From positions 232,564,001 through 232,628,000 of the forward strand of contig NC_058368.1 in NCBI RefSeq assembly GCF_018350175.1: a DNA stretch of 64,000 nucleotides. Direction: 5' to 3'. The notes under the pieces are model-generated. The model was given only the letters and a program-made list of their open reading frames with translations. It had not been told where the DNA came from and ran no database searches. Position numbers and translations under genes: made by a program. Numbering within the stretch: the first letter of the stretch is position 1; each line of letters opens with the position of its first letter. Positions 1 to 12,542 of the stretch are shown piece by piece. The stretch is from Felis catus. Lineage: Eukaryota.

Positions 1-579
1 GGGTTTCTAAGGCCTTTTCGGCCCCTTTCTGGCACCTTGGACCGAGGCAGACTCATTGTTCTTCTGGCCTCATGTGGTTAGGAGGTCGTGTCCCTGTAAC
101 TGTTCCACTTGAGGTGTTGAGAAATGGAGGGCCTTTCACGAGAACAGCAAAGCAAATGCTTTATCGACTAATAATTATAGATAAGCGCAGATGCATAATG
201 GAATAACGTAAGAAATTAATCTATAATCAAAGGGTATGAGGGAAAGTTAGGGGAAAATCACCATGTTATTTCTTAAAGGTTGTTTACACATAGGAACATT
301 GTCAAAATCAGGTAATGTTAGAAAAACATAGATGACGTATGCCGCAAGGAAATCACTAGCAAATACAATGCCACGTTTGCTACAGTAAATCGGCCAGTTC
401 AACCCACTGCGGTTGTCTGTGTCCATTTTTATTTTTTGTTTTTATTTGAGTTTTTTATTTGAGTTTTAGTTTTTTACTTTAGTTTTTTATTTTCTACTTT
501 TTTATTTCAGTTTTGTTTTATTTTCACCGACGCCGTTCTTCCTTCGGGAACCCCTGGTTGTTGGAGCTGGTCTCCAGCA
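1..579 (+). mobile_element. 3' part of an ERV LTR, probably class II (ERVK-like), truncated by the window edge
   Basis: Ends in ...CCGACGCCGTTCTTCCTTCGGGAACCCCTGGTTGTTGGAGCTGGTCTCCAGCA with a terminal CA at 578-579. This resembles from memory the U5 end of betaretrovirus-like LTRs. No TGG primer-binding site follows, so it is a solo or 3' LTR. Confidence 0.6.
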
Positions 580-593
580 ATAGTCGCTCTATT

Positions 594-614
594 TAAAATA
601 AAGACAGGGAAAAA

Positions 615-649
<35 letters not shown>

Positions 650-668
650 AATAAAATAAAGACAGGGA
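594..668 (+). mobile_element. Tail-only retroinsertion: (TAAA)n tract between 17-bp TSDs
   Basis: TAAAATAAAGACAGGGA occurs at 594-610 and 652-668, flanking an A-rich tract at 611-651. Confidence 0.7.
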
Positions 669-829
669 TCCCAATCATTCTTGGGTTACAAAAATCTGAG
701 AAAGAATTGTCAAAGAAAAAGTGGTAGATGAGAGAAAAGACAAAAGTTTAAGGGGCGACTGATGGCTACAGGACTGTAACTGATTAAAACTTCCTGGCTT
801 CTACAATAAAACAGGAGGAAATTGATTGT

Positions 830-1970
830 ATCTAAGAATAGGCAAGGACTTTTTAGATGTGGCCCTATAAGCCATTATATACCGATATATATAAGCTTAT
901 ATATATATAAGTTATATATTTACATATATAAATATATACTTATATATACTTATATATATAAGCCCTTATGATACTGATAACTGCACTTCATCAAATTAGA
1001 AGAAAATATTTGCAACTCATTCATCTGGTAAAGAATGCATAGCCAGAATATATAAAGACCTGTTACAATTCAATAACTGTAATTCAACAAATTTGTCAAG
1101 TTAAAAAATAAGTAAAATATTTGAAAACAATTTCACAAAGGACGATTTGAGAATAGCTAATAAGCACATGAAAATACGTACACCATCGTTAGTCACTTGG
1201 GAAATGCAAGTTGAAGTCACAATGAAATACCCCTATATACACACTAGGGAAGCTATAATAATAATAATAATAAAAGATGGAGTTTACAAAGTGCTAAAAA
1301 GGACTTATATTACAAAAAAAACCACAACTAGACCTGTTGTTTATTGCTGTTAAGAATGTAGAATGGCACTTTGGAAGACAGTTTGGCAGCTTTTTACAGT
1401 ATTAAACATACACTTATCAAGTGGCCCAACGATTCCATCCCGAGTCTAACCCACGAGAAATGAAAACCTATGTTCACACAGACTTGCAGGTGGAATCTGA
1501 CAGTGGCATTATTCATGACAGTCAAAATCACGTGCCATCGGTAAATAGAGAAACAATATGGTAAATCAATCCATCGGTAAATAGAGAAACAATATGAAGT
1601 ATAGCCACATATTGCAATATTACTCATTAATAAAACAGAGCAAACTAGTGATACGTGCAACAACACAGAAGTGCCTCCACAAGACTATGCTAAGGGAAAG
1701 AAGCCAGTCACAAAGACTGTCCACTGTAGAATTCTACTAATATGAAATGTCTAGACACAGCACAATTATAGAGACAGCCACCAAATTCGTGGTTATCCGG
1801 GCGAAGGGTTTGGTTAGCAATCGGGATTAGCTGAAAAACAGACACAAGAAATCTAAAACTGAGTTGTGCTATGAAGATTGCGTGACTCCCTCAATTTTCT
1901 AAAACGCACTGAATGGTACATTTTCAGTGGGTGGAATTTTGGTATGTAAACGACAACTTAAGACAGTGAT
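830..1970 (+). mobile_element. Old L1M (L1MB/MC-like) ORF2 end and 3' UTR
   Basis: L1 motifs AATATTTGCAA, CCAGAATATATAAAGA, AAGCACATGAAAA, GGAAATGCAA, ATGCTAAGGGAAAGAAGCCAGTCACAAA; heavily degenerate. Confidence 0.8.
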
Positions 1971-2969
1971 TTAAAACCACAGCTTGGACAGTGTAATTCA
2001 GGAGAATTAATTGCTTGATGGCAGGGATCGTGTCTTACTGTCACCTTTGGATCTTCAAAGCACTGTCATCGTGGGGAAATGGCCGGCATTACACTTACCC
2101 TTAGGCTTGTGCTCAGACCACATCACTTATCCAGTGATTCAGGCACGTGGTGGTTTTGAGCTCTTTTTTTTTTTTTTTGTGCCAGGCACTGTCCTCAATG
2201 CCAGAAATGTGTCAGTGGATCAGAGACAAATTCATTTATTCCTTCCTTCCTTCAGTGATTTGTTTGGAAATCCCAAATGATGCAAATAATATTTCTCTTC
2301 CGATTATTTTGTATTTCTTTCCTGTATATAGGTGGAGGATTATGAATGATAAAGATGGCATCCTGAGAAGAGCAGGGTGTGAAAAACACGTCCCCTGTGA
2401 ATGTGGACAGTGTTTCTAGGTACGGGCGGGCACTCAGCTCTCCTGTAAAGCGTCTGTGCTGTGTAGACAAATGAGAGAGTTGGGAATCAGACCTTTCACC
2501 CCAAGTTGTCCTTGGCTCCCAGGAAGTCCTAAGGCCAAGCCCAGGAGGAGGTCACCTGGGCTGGCAGAGGGCAAGAACCACCACCAAGATGTCAACCCCG
2601 GTGTAGTCATCGAGCACTTTTCTACCCCGCTGAGACCAGGGTCACCCTTCCAGGAGGTGCAGGGGTGGGTGGCTTCTGGTGCCTTTCTGAAAACTAGGGA
2701 ACTTTGAAATGTGACTATCAATCGAGAGCTGAGTTAAATGAACCTTAGATTTTACTGACAATTCGCCATCACATGACAGTGATAGTTTATCATGTACTTC
2801 GGCCGGAGAAAAGCACGCTTCATCCGAGCCATGAAGTCCACTAACCAGGCACTGTTGAACGATCCCTGCTCTACATGGACTGGCAAGAAGGGATACATTT
2901 ACACACACATAGCCAGTTGAGAAGGCATTGAAGGTTCTTCCTTTGGTCAGGAATTGGCTCGTCATAAGA

Positions 2970-3190
2970 GCAAACATTTATTGAACATTGACTTTGAGCA
3001 GTGATTAGTTCTGCGTATTTTTACACTCGTATTTTGTTTCATTCGTCTTATGGCAACCTCATCAGGAGGCACCATCATTATCTCTGTCTCCTAGATGAAG
3101 GACCGATGCTCGGAGAAGTGAAATAATGGGCCTAATAGTGAAGCTGTATTACCGCAGGCATGAATCCAGTGCCTTAACCTTTTCCATATA
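2970..3190 (-). mobile_element. MIR fragment
   Basis: Reverse-complement MIR tail (AAACATTTATTGA) and core (CCTAGATGAAGGACCGATGCTCGGAGAAGTGAAATAA). Confidence 0.65.
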
Positions 3191-3223
3191 TTGGTTTCTG
3201 GAAATTGGGAATTTTTGTCTTCC

Positions 3224-3435
3224 TTTTTTTTTAAGTGCATTTATTTATTTTGAGAGCAAGAGAGAGAGAGAGCTTGAGCAGGGGAGGAGCAGAGAGAGGG
3301 AGAGAGAATTTTAAGCGGGTTCTGTGCAATTAGCACAGAGCCCCACATGGGCTCAGTGCCACAACCCATGGAAATCAGGACCCGAGAGGAGATCAAGAGT
3401 TGGACACGTAACCGACTTAGCCACCCAGACGCCCC
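3224..3435 (-). mobile_element. CanSINE (older subfamily)
   Basis: Poly-T, (GA)n tract, tRNA-derived head ending ...AGCCACCCAGACGCCCC. Confidence 0.9.
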
Positions 3436-4849
3436 TTGTCTGGCCGGTTTCTAAACTTCATTTGTAAATTTCAGATTCAGGAAAGTTGTATTGTCCATAA
3501 CTAGTCCCAATTCCCCAGGTTAAATGGATGATGGGTTTTGAATTTGAAGAGGTTTTCAAGATTTCTCTAAGTTACTAGTAGCTCTTACTTATTTCACCCT
3601 TTATTCTGAGGCTATTCCATCTCAGGGGGCATTTCACTGCTGGCAACACACCCATTCCCATTTTCCCCTGGCAGCTCCCCACATGTTGCCCTGAATGACT
3701 CCAGGATCCTGTAGCTCAGTGAATACTACTGACTTTAGAAGAGAGCCCCACTGTTCCTCAGAAAATTCCCACGTCAAGAAGGTAGCATACTTTAATTCAT
3801 ACTCAGTGTGTGTGCCCTAACATGCTGGTTTGCATTTTAATTCTCTCCAAACATTTCCGGGTAGATTTTCTCCATGCTGAAGCAAATTTGGGCAATTGCA
3901 AATGATTTTTTTTTTAATCCGTGTGACAGATTGTTAAAGTCCGGGCATATGGAAAGCTGTAAAGAAAGCTCAAACCATGTAAGTAAAGGCTCTAAGGGCT
4001 TCCTTCGGCTAAATGTAAATTTCCTTCAAATGACCCTATGAGTCATTGTAGGCATATGTGTGGAAATCTTAGCGTAATAAATGTATAAACCTATATATTG
4101 TGGTTCTCGAAACTATAACCAGAAAACATCTGACCAGACAAATGGCAAATTATTCAATGTCACCAATGGTATGCCTTACCTTTGGGATTTCCTATAGTGA
4201 GCATAGAAAGCAGTCCATTTTGTAGGAATTTTATTTTAAATTAAAAAAAGGTAAATTAAATTTCTTTCTCATAGTACTCACTTCTGGAAAAAGGCAAATC
4301 TAACATGTTTAATGGTGAAAAATCTTTGTCTTTGCTGAAATTCTGTCTCCCACCTGGGACAGATGTGAATGCCACCAGACCTAAATTCCATGGTTTGGGA
4401 AAGCCCAAAGCTTCCTAAATTATCTTAAACTCTCAGGCACCCCCATTGTGATGGCCAACACTGACCACGTTCTTGCACGCGGGCCTCGTCTCAGCATCAC
4501 CATGGTGACTCAGACTTGAAGCTGAAAACTTTTCTGAAGTGAGCAAAAAGATGCTATTTGAACAGGGAGCACTGACATAAAAGCGACTTTAATGTAGATT
4601 TGAGGAGTCAATATGGGAAATATTTATGCCATACATCCACAGATAATACCAGTTCCATCTTTGATATTTCAGCTCTGCAAGGTCCCATTTTGGCCACCCT
4701 GCTGCTGGACAACCTCTTCATCCCAACTCTCAGGAGAGTCCTCCCCATTATGCTGACTCCTCCACCTGCCCTCAGGACTTCCCCCAGAAACTTAAATTGC
4801 TTCTCCATAATCATCAATTTGTTTCTATGAACTCAAGGTATTCAACAGG

Positions 4850-4888
4850 AAAAACAACAACAACAAACAAACAAACAAACAAAAAACA
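4850..4888. repeat. (AAC/AAAC)n microsatellite
   Basis: Seen directly. Confidence 0.85.
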
Positions 4889-5039
4889 AGAGAGAACACC
4901 TTCTTTTTAAATATGCTGACCTTCAGTCAAGGGCAACTGAGATAATAGGTTTCTGTTCACTTTGTCTGATTACCTTCAGATGTCTAATCAACAAGATGAC
5001 TCAATAATTTATACATCCACACACCCAATTTCAGGGCCA

Positions 5040-6440
5040 TAGAAAGGAGAGAAACACATACACAATTATAGTAAAGACTTCAACACCCATCCCCCAGTAA
5101 TAGATAGACCAGGGAGGCTGAAAATCAAGGACCAAACTTGCAGCAAATTTGAACTGACATTTCTAGAACATTACATACATTAGAATACAGTCTTAGTGAA
5201 CACAGAATACTTACCAATATAAATCATGTGGTAAGCCAATATCAAGCATCAATAAATTTGTAAGGATTTCAATGATACAAAGTATGCTTTAGAACTCAAA
5301 TGAAAATAAATTGTAAAATACTAACAGAAAAGCATCAGAAAAAATAACACCAAACATTTGGAACCTAAATATATTTCTGAAACACCCATCAGGCAAAAAG
5401 GAACCAAAAGGGAAATTAAAGATTATTTTGTACTGAAAGAAAATAAAAACACAGCTAAAGCAGTATATATAGGGAATTTTACACTAACAAATTCTTGATT
5501 GAAAAAGAGAAAGGCCTAAAATCTGTGACCTCAGTTTTTACCTTAAGAAACTAGGAAAACATCACATCAAACAAACCAAACTTAACTAAGTAGAAAAAAT
5601 AATAAAGATAAAAAGCAAAAGCAATGAATTGGATAACAGGAAACAAAAGAAATCATCTATGAAATAAACAATCTGGTCCTTTTTTTTAAATTTTTTTTAA
5701 CGTTTATTTATTTTTGAGACAGAGAGAGACAGAGCGTGAACGGGGGAGGGTCAGAGAGAGGGAGACACAGAATCTGAAACAGGCTCCAGGCTCTGGGCTG
5801 TCAGCACAGAGCCGGACGCGGGGCTCGAACTCACGAACCGCGAGATCGTGACCTGAGCCGAAGCTGGCCGCTTAACCGACTGAGCCACCCAGGCGCCCCT
5901 AAACAATCTGGTCCTTTAAGAATATCAATAAAATTGATAAACTTCCAGCTAGACAGTGTAGGGAGAAAAGAAAAGATAAGAATTATCAAAATACTCACTC
6001 AAAAACAGGATATCACTATAAAATCTTTAAGTATCAAAAGAATTTTAAGGAAATAATACAATTAATTTTGCAACAATAAATTTTTTAGCTTAGATAAAAT
6101 TGAACAATTACTTAAATAACCAAACATATATGAGAAGAAATAAAAAATTGAGTGGAACTTTATATATCAAAGGAGTTGAATTTGTGGTTAAAATCCTTCC
6201 CATAAGCACCAGGTCCAGATGGCTTCAATGAAAATTCTAAGAAACACCTAAGGAAGATGTAATACTAAATCCATGCAAACTATCCTAGAAAATTGGAAAG
6301 GAGGGAGTGCTTCTCAACTCATTCTATGATGCTAAATCTTCTGATATCCAAACCAGAAAAAGAAATTTCGTGCAAAGAAATCCACTGACCAATATCCCTT
6401 ATAAACAGAGGCAAATATTCTAAAAATTTTAGTAAGTCAA
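5040..6440 (+). mobile_element. Degenerate L1 ORF2 fragment (endonuclease to RT region), interrupted by a SINE
   Basis: GACTTCAACACCC, ACAGCTAAAGCAGT, CACCAGGTCCAGATGGCTTCA, CAACTCATTCTATGA, ACCAATATCCCT. Confidence 0.8.
5682..5899 (-). mobile_element. CanSINE (SINEC_Fc-type) with TSD
   Basis: Full element; TSD TAAACAATCTGGTCCTT at 5665-5681 and 5900-5916. Confidence 0.97.
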
Positions 6441-6853
6441 ATATATATACATGTAAGTGGGTTTATATATATTAGAAGCTTCTAAAATATCTAATCAATC
6501 CCTGGCATTCTGTAGATAAAGAAACTAAGCTTCAAAGAGTTGAGTGAATTGCTGATTGTAACAACAAATTATTTGAAAAGCCAATGGCTCTTCCAATGGT
6601 GCCACCTTCTAATGGTAGGTGAGCCTTATCTATCCTGCACCCTGTAGATGGATTGGCTACCTTTGCACACACAGGTAATAGTCCTTACCTCTCAAATAAT
6701 AGCCACTACGCCTGTTCTGATGTTTTTCCACCTTGCCTTTACGAGACCATGCGCGTCCACGGGACTCCTGAATTTCTGGTATTACCTCATCCTTTTACTT
6801 GAGTTCATTTTTCGACAGTTTTCTACACCTTATCTTTGTTTTATTCCTTGAAT

Positions 6854-6855
<2 letters not shown>

Positions 6856-6896
<41 letters not shown>
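6856..6896. repeat. (TG)n microsatellite
   Basis: About 20 perfect TG units. Confidence 0.97.
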
Positions 6897-6903
<7 letters not shown>

Positions 6904-7049
6904 AACACGGGGGGAGTACGGATAAATGCTGGTAACTACAGTTCTACTTCACAAAGTACTTATACTTGGGAATTTTGGTATGGACCATGGCCTAGATCTT
7001 CAGTAGACTCCTGTCACTCATGCAGAATAACATTAAGAAATAAAATGTA

Positions 7050-7919
7050 TGGGAATGCAAGCTGGTGCAGCCACTCTGGAAAACAGTATGGAGGTTCCTC
7101 ACAAAACTAAAAATAGAACTACCCTACGACCCAGCAATTGCACTACTAGGCATTTATCCACGGGATGCAGGTGTGCTGTTTCGAAGGGACACACACACCC
7201 CCATGTTTATAGCAGCACTATCAACAATAGCCAAAGTATGGAAAGAGCCCAGATGTCCATCGAGGGATGGATGGATAAAGAAGATGTGGTATATATATAC
7301 AATGGAGTATTACTCGGCAATCAAAAAGAATGAAATCTTGCCATTTGCAGCTACGTGGATGGAATTGGAGGGTATTATGCTAAGTGAAATTAGTCAGAGA
7401 AAGACAAGTATCATATGATTTCACTCATATGAGGACTTTAAGAGACAAAACAGATGAACTTAAGGGAAGGGAAACAAAAATTATACAAAAACAGGGAGGA
7501 CAAAACAGAAGAGATGCATAAATATGGAGAACAAACAGAGGGTTCCTGGAGGGGTGGTGGGAGGGGATGGGTTATATGGGTAAGGGGCACTAAGGAGTCT
7601 ACTCCTGAAATCATTGTTGCACTATATGCTAACTAATTTGGATGTAAATTCAATTTTTTTAAGTTTATTTATTTTTGACAGAGACAGAGTATGAGCATGA
7701 GCTGGGTGAGGGGCAGAGAGAGAGAGGGAGATACAGAATCCGAAGCAGGCTCCAGGCTCCAAGCTGTCAGCACAGAGCCTGACATGGGGCTCGAACTCAT
7801 GAATTGTGAGATCATGACCTGGGCTGAAGTCAGACGCTTAGCTGACTGAGCCACCCAGGTGCCCCAATTTGGATGTAAATTTAATAAATAAATAAATAAA
7901 TAACCAAAACAAACAAAAA
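7050..7919 (+). mobile_element. 5'-truncated felid L1 (ORF2 C-terminus, 3' UTR, A-tail) with TSD
   Basis: ORF 7065-7418 ([31 protein letters not shown]...EYYSAIKKNEILPFAATWMELEGIMLSEISQ) is the L1 ORF2p C-terminus. TSD AAGAAATAAAATGTA at 7035-7049 and 7920-7934. Confidence 0.95.
7651..7865 (-). mobile_element. CanSINE nested in the L1 3' end
   Basis: TSD AATTTGGATGTAAATT at 7635-7650 and 7866-7881. Confidence 0.97.
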
Positions 7920-9759
7920 AAGAAATAAAATGTAATATTAATAAAGACCACCAGAAAAAAAAATTACTAACGTTATTTACTTTATGCTTGAAAAATAATG
8001 ACTATCTAGATAACAAATACTTCTTTAGACACTAATGTCCAAACGATATTTGGTGGAGGTGGACAATTATTTCTATGGCACAATGCAAGCTGGGAAAACA
8101 ATATTTCCAAACCAGAGCCTCATAAATGCTGATAGTCTCAAGCGTGAAATTTTCATGATTTGGCTTCTCTGTTAGTGTTGGAGCTTTTAATCAACTCTGG
8201 TAATAATTTGACACAGAACGAAGACAATAAAAAGACATTTTGAACCTCATGTCTTCCATCATATTTTTGAGATGAGGTAAACCCAGTTGGAAAATAGATA
8301 CTGCCGGAATTTGTATGCGCCGTAGAAACAGCTTTGAAAGGTCACTCGATTATTGTACTTGTTCACTCCCCACAGGCTCTCTTGGAACGTTAAACTAACC
8401 CATTAGCTTTACTTGTCAAAGCAATTGAATGCAAGTGAAAATATTACATTTATGTTTTACTTTTACTCATAGATTTGTGGGTTCACGCACAGAATGTACA
8501 TTACGTAGCTATAAAATGGATGATGTAAGGTGGACGATCTTTATATATGCCCTGACAAAAAGTTAGTGGCAAATGTGACTGCATTAAGAACATTTATCTA
8601 TTTGCATTGTGTCAAAGAAGTATGAGGCGTGTCGAGAAGGTAGGACTATATTCTTGGAATAGAGGGGCTTTGAATTCATTAAAGGTATGCCAACATCCTT
8701 TTGCTGCTTTCATCGGGAGAAAAGAAAGAAGGACATCTGATGGACCTTTCTGCAGCAAGGCCTCCTGGTGAGCCATGGAGGCTGTGCTTCCTACATATTT
8801 GTATTTCTTTTGTCTTCCCTTGGAAGAGCAGGAGATAGGAATTGTTCCCATCTTATTCCTTACTTTTCTAGTGCAGGTCCTCCAATTTGGTAAACATTCT
8901 CTACATTGTCCTTTATTTCCTTTCATTTTGTCAGTACTTTAAGATTCGTATTTTTGGCAAGTTAGGTTTAATGTTCTATTTGATATTTAATAACATTTAC
9001 TCTCATTTCCTATTATAATGAAAGGGATGCCCTTTCTGGTGTCTAGACCAAACCCTTCAATAGGCAGTTCATTTACCCTTAGTCAAGGGACCTTGATCTC
9101 TTTTCTGTCTTTACTACGTCCTATATTGCCAACCCCTGTCTCTACTGAGTCCTACAATAAAAAATGTAAATATCCTCAAGGACCCGTCATCTTAAGAAAG
9201 AGCAAAAGGAAAAATCAATGCTTTCTTTTGGTTCCCTGTTTGCTTAAAATTGTGGTTTTACCTCTCAGCTTCACAGCTAAAATCTTGATGTAGCTCTGCT
9301 CCCTCCCTTTATTTTCCCTATCTTATTAATCCTTCAATCCACTGGTTCTCTGGAAATTCCATTTAAGGGCGCCTCACCAAGGCTACCACCAGCCATGTCA
9401 AATGGTCTGCAGTCTCTGCTATTCCTCATCTTTGGAAATATCCAACAGCACTTGGTACTCATTGCTGAACTTTCACCTATCTGGATAATGAGTGAAGGAT
9501 AAACTTAGAAAGAAGGATTTGCTTATAAAATTTGTCTCATATGACACTTAAGGACTTTATCCCATCACAATCATTGACTAAAAAGGAAAAGGAAATAATT
9601 ATTTTTAAGATGTAAGCAAAAGTTATATTTTATTGGAATTAAACATGTTCAAAGCATAGGAAAAAATCCATAACTTCACACTTAGCTTCTAAAATAGAAG
9701 TAATTTTAATGTTCACATATGTGCTTTAATATGCCATTATTGATTAGAAAATTGATTTA

Positions 9760-9791
9760 TTTTCCTTTTTTAAAGTTTATTTATTTATTTT

Positions 9792-9833
<42 letters not shown>

Positions 9834-9972
9834 GGTAGAGAGACAGAATCCCAAACAGGCTTCACACGATCAGCATGGAGCCCAATGCGGGCCTGAACCC
9901 AGGAACCGTGAGATCATGACCTGGGCCAAAACCAAGATTCGGGCATTTGACCAACTAAGCTACCCAGGGGCC
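9760..9972 (-). mobile_element. CanSINE (older subfamily)
   Basis: Poly-T, (GA)n and tRNA-like head; flanking repeat AAATTGATTTA. Confidence 0.9.
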
Positions 9973-10059
9973 AGCAAATTGATTTAAAATAAGATATGGG
10001 AGAAAGAGTGGGCAAAGGGACCTGTGGTATCCATGGACTGGTAAGGTTTCTAAGAACTT

Positions 10060-10580
10060 ATGTTAGAGGAATTTCCATTTCTACAACTGCAAAACAAATT
10101 AACACTTACTGGCATATAATGATCGTCTCTTATGCTTACAGATTCTGTAGGTCAGGAATTTGGACAGGGAGGAGAGGATAGTGTCATCTCTGCTAAAGTT
10201 GCAGTAATTATGGCAGCCTTGAATCCCGGGGCTGGAAGGAGCTAAAGAAGGTTGATATTCAGACAATCAGCAGGGCACTGATGAACTTGGGGCATCTCTT
10301 GTACATGTCCTCCTTGTGTGGCCTCTCATGCATGGTGGCACTAGGGCAGGCCGAGTGCTTCCATATTGGCCTAATTAAGCACATATCTGAAGAGGGAGAG
10401 AGTGCCTTGCAAAAGCAGTATTATTTTTTCTCACCTATCTTTAGAAGTAACGCAATTTTAATTTTGCTTCATTGTTTTCATTACAAGTGTCCACATTCAA
10501 GGAAAGAGAAATTAGACTCTGCTGTTGATGGAAGGAGGTCCAAAGACTTCACAGCCATGCTTAAAGCTATCACAGTAAAA
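10060..10580 (-). mobile_element. MLT1-type (MaLR) LTR fragment
   Basis: GCTTACAGATTCTGTAGGTCAGGAATTTGGACAGGG and ATTCAAGGAAAGAGAAATTAGACTCT resemble old MLT1 LTRs. Confidence 0.6.
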
Positions 10581-10719
10581 GAACTTCTGGAATTCTAAGA
10601 CGGGAGCCTTCCCGGGACAAAGGACAATGAACAAGGTGACTGGCAAGAAAGCACCAGGTGTTGCATATTCAAACTATTGCTGCTGGGAAAGGCTAATTTG
10701 GATACTAAAGATATTCTAA

Positions 10720-10931
10720 TTTTTTTTTCAACGTTTATTTATTTTTGGGACAGAGAGAGACAGAACATGAACGGGGGAGGGGCAGAGAGAGAGGGAGACA
10801 CAGAATCGGAAACAGGCTCCAGGCTCTGAGCCATCAGCCCAGAGCCTGACACAGGGCTCGAACTCACGGACCGCGAGATCGTGACCTGGCTGAAGTCGGA
10901 CGCCCAACCGACTGCGCCACCCAGGCGCCCC
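10720..10931 (-). mobile_element. Young SINEC_Fc with TSD
   Basis: Near-consensus and CpG-rich; TSD ACTAAAGATATTCTAA at 10704-10719 and 10932-10947. Confidence 0.98.
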
Positions 10932-11546
10932 ACTAAAGATATTCTAAACAAGAATCTCATAATGATGATGGCAACAGGGGTAACAATCTAGCGTCTCCGG
11001 TCTCTTCTGTTTCTGCAGTTGAATACTGACACATCAGTGCAGGGTAGAATTTTTTCAGATACAATTAACGGTTGTCATAAAAATTTCATAATTTTCTGAA
11101 TAGCCACTGAATATATTGGTACATACCAAAGTATTTAATTCTAATGAAGCAAGAAGGTTTCTCCTATGCCTTTGTTAAAGGTCAGAAAAATGCAATTTTA
11201 CTTCACTTATCAACATGGATAGAGACTAATGTACTAATTAAAGAAACTTAGTTATAGTGTTGATTTTAGTATGCTTCCCTTTGAGTTGTTCTAATGGAAA
11301 GGTCATTTCTTTCTAATACCAAAAAACTCTCCAATTCCAAAGGAGGTAAAATTAAAAATGAAAGCCATTAACTCACGGAATGAAAAAGAATGTTTATGGT
11401 TTAGCCAGTGTTCATAGATCATAATGGCACAATGACCTGGAAAATAGTGATAGAAACCATAACCACAACCACAGAACAACAACAACAAAGACGAACACCA
11501 TAAAAAGAAAAGGTAATATGTCATTAATGTCTATAAGTAACAGTAA

Positions 11547-11675
11547 TTTTTTTTTCCCTTCTTGTGTTAAGTAGGCTCCATCCCCAGCACAGAAGTTGAA
11601 CTCAGGACCCTGAGATCAAGACCTGAGCTGAGATCAACAGTAAGATGCTTAACTGACTGAGCCACCCAAGAACCC
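11547..11675 (-). mobile_element. Short CanSINE lacking the (CT)n tract
   Basis: GACCCTGAGATCAAGACCTGAGCTGAGATCAA...GCTTAACTGACTGAGCCACCCA. Confidence 0.8.
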
Positions 11676-11864
11676 ACCGTAAGTAATGGCTTTGTTAACT
11701 CTGAGAACAAATACTACGCAGCCATAACTGATACAAATGTAAGGCTAGCTAATTCAGAGCTGTTAATATGGTGGATATTGACTTTATATACCTACTGTAG
11801 GAAAAAATCCAATGTTCAGATAATGAATAAAAATTAAACTATTTCAAATGGTGAAATAATATGG

Positions 11865-12000
11865 TATATATGTGTGTGTATATATATATATATATACACG
11901 TATATACATATATATGTGTATATATATATATACACGTATATACATATATATGTGTGTGTATATATATATATCTATATATGTATATATGGATATATATATA
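11865..12000. repeat. Compound (TA)/(TG)/(CA) microsatellite
   Basis: Seen directly; includes the repeated unit TATACACGTATATACATATATATGTGT. Confidence 0.95.
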
Positions 12001-12542
12001 ACTGATAATAAGCTGAAATTAATTCCAACAGGCTTACTTCTTACATGTGTTTTTTTTTGGGGGGGGGTTGGGGGGGTACAAAAAGTCCAAGAGCTGTAGG
12101 CAGGCAGAATAAAATCAGTTCTAGAAAATGAAGTCATGGAAGTATCTACATATTCAGTAAAGTAAAAAGTGGTATTTATGATTTTAACTGATAACATGAT
12201 GATAGTTTAGCTTTTTCTGAACATTGGAACAAAAGCACAACAGTGGCATGATCAATGAATTATATCTATTTATATATTTCCAGAGAAAATGAGGACTAAC
12301 AAAGTGAATAAGGGTTAAACAAATCATGGGGAATAGCAGCGTCAGAGCTGTGTTTCAAGCATGGAGAAGCCCATTGGTTTATTTCCTGCAAAAGACCTGC
12401 TCAAATACAAGGTTCCTGTTATCCCATAAATGGATTTAATAAACTTCTTCTCTGATAGGCAATGCCACTAACTGGATTGATCGGGCAATTGAAAACATGC
12501 AGAGCCCAATCTTGGTTATCGTTCATGGGTCGTTGTTGCTAG

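Noticed and set aside
7065..7418. 117-aa ORF with real protein homology
   Set aside because: It is the C-terminus of L1 ORF2p in a 5'-truncated copy, not a host gene.
8176..8245. Ankyrin-like peptide LELLINSGNNLTQNEDNKKTF after a + strand AG
   Set aside because: An in-frame stop precedes the next donor and no companion exons were found.
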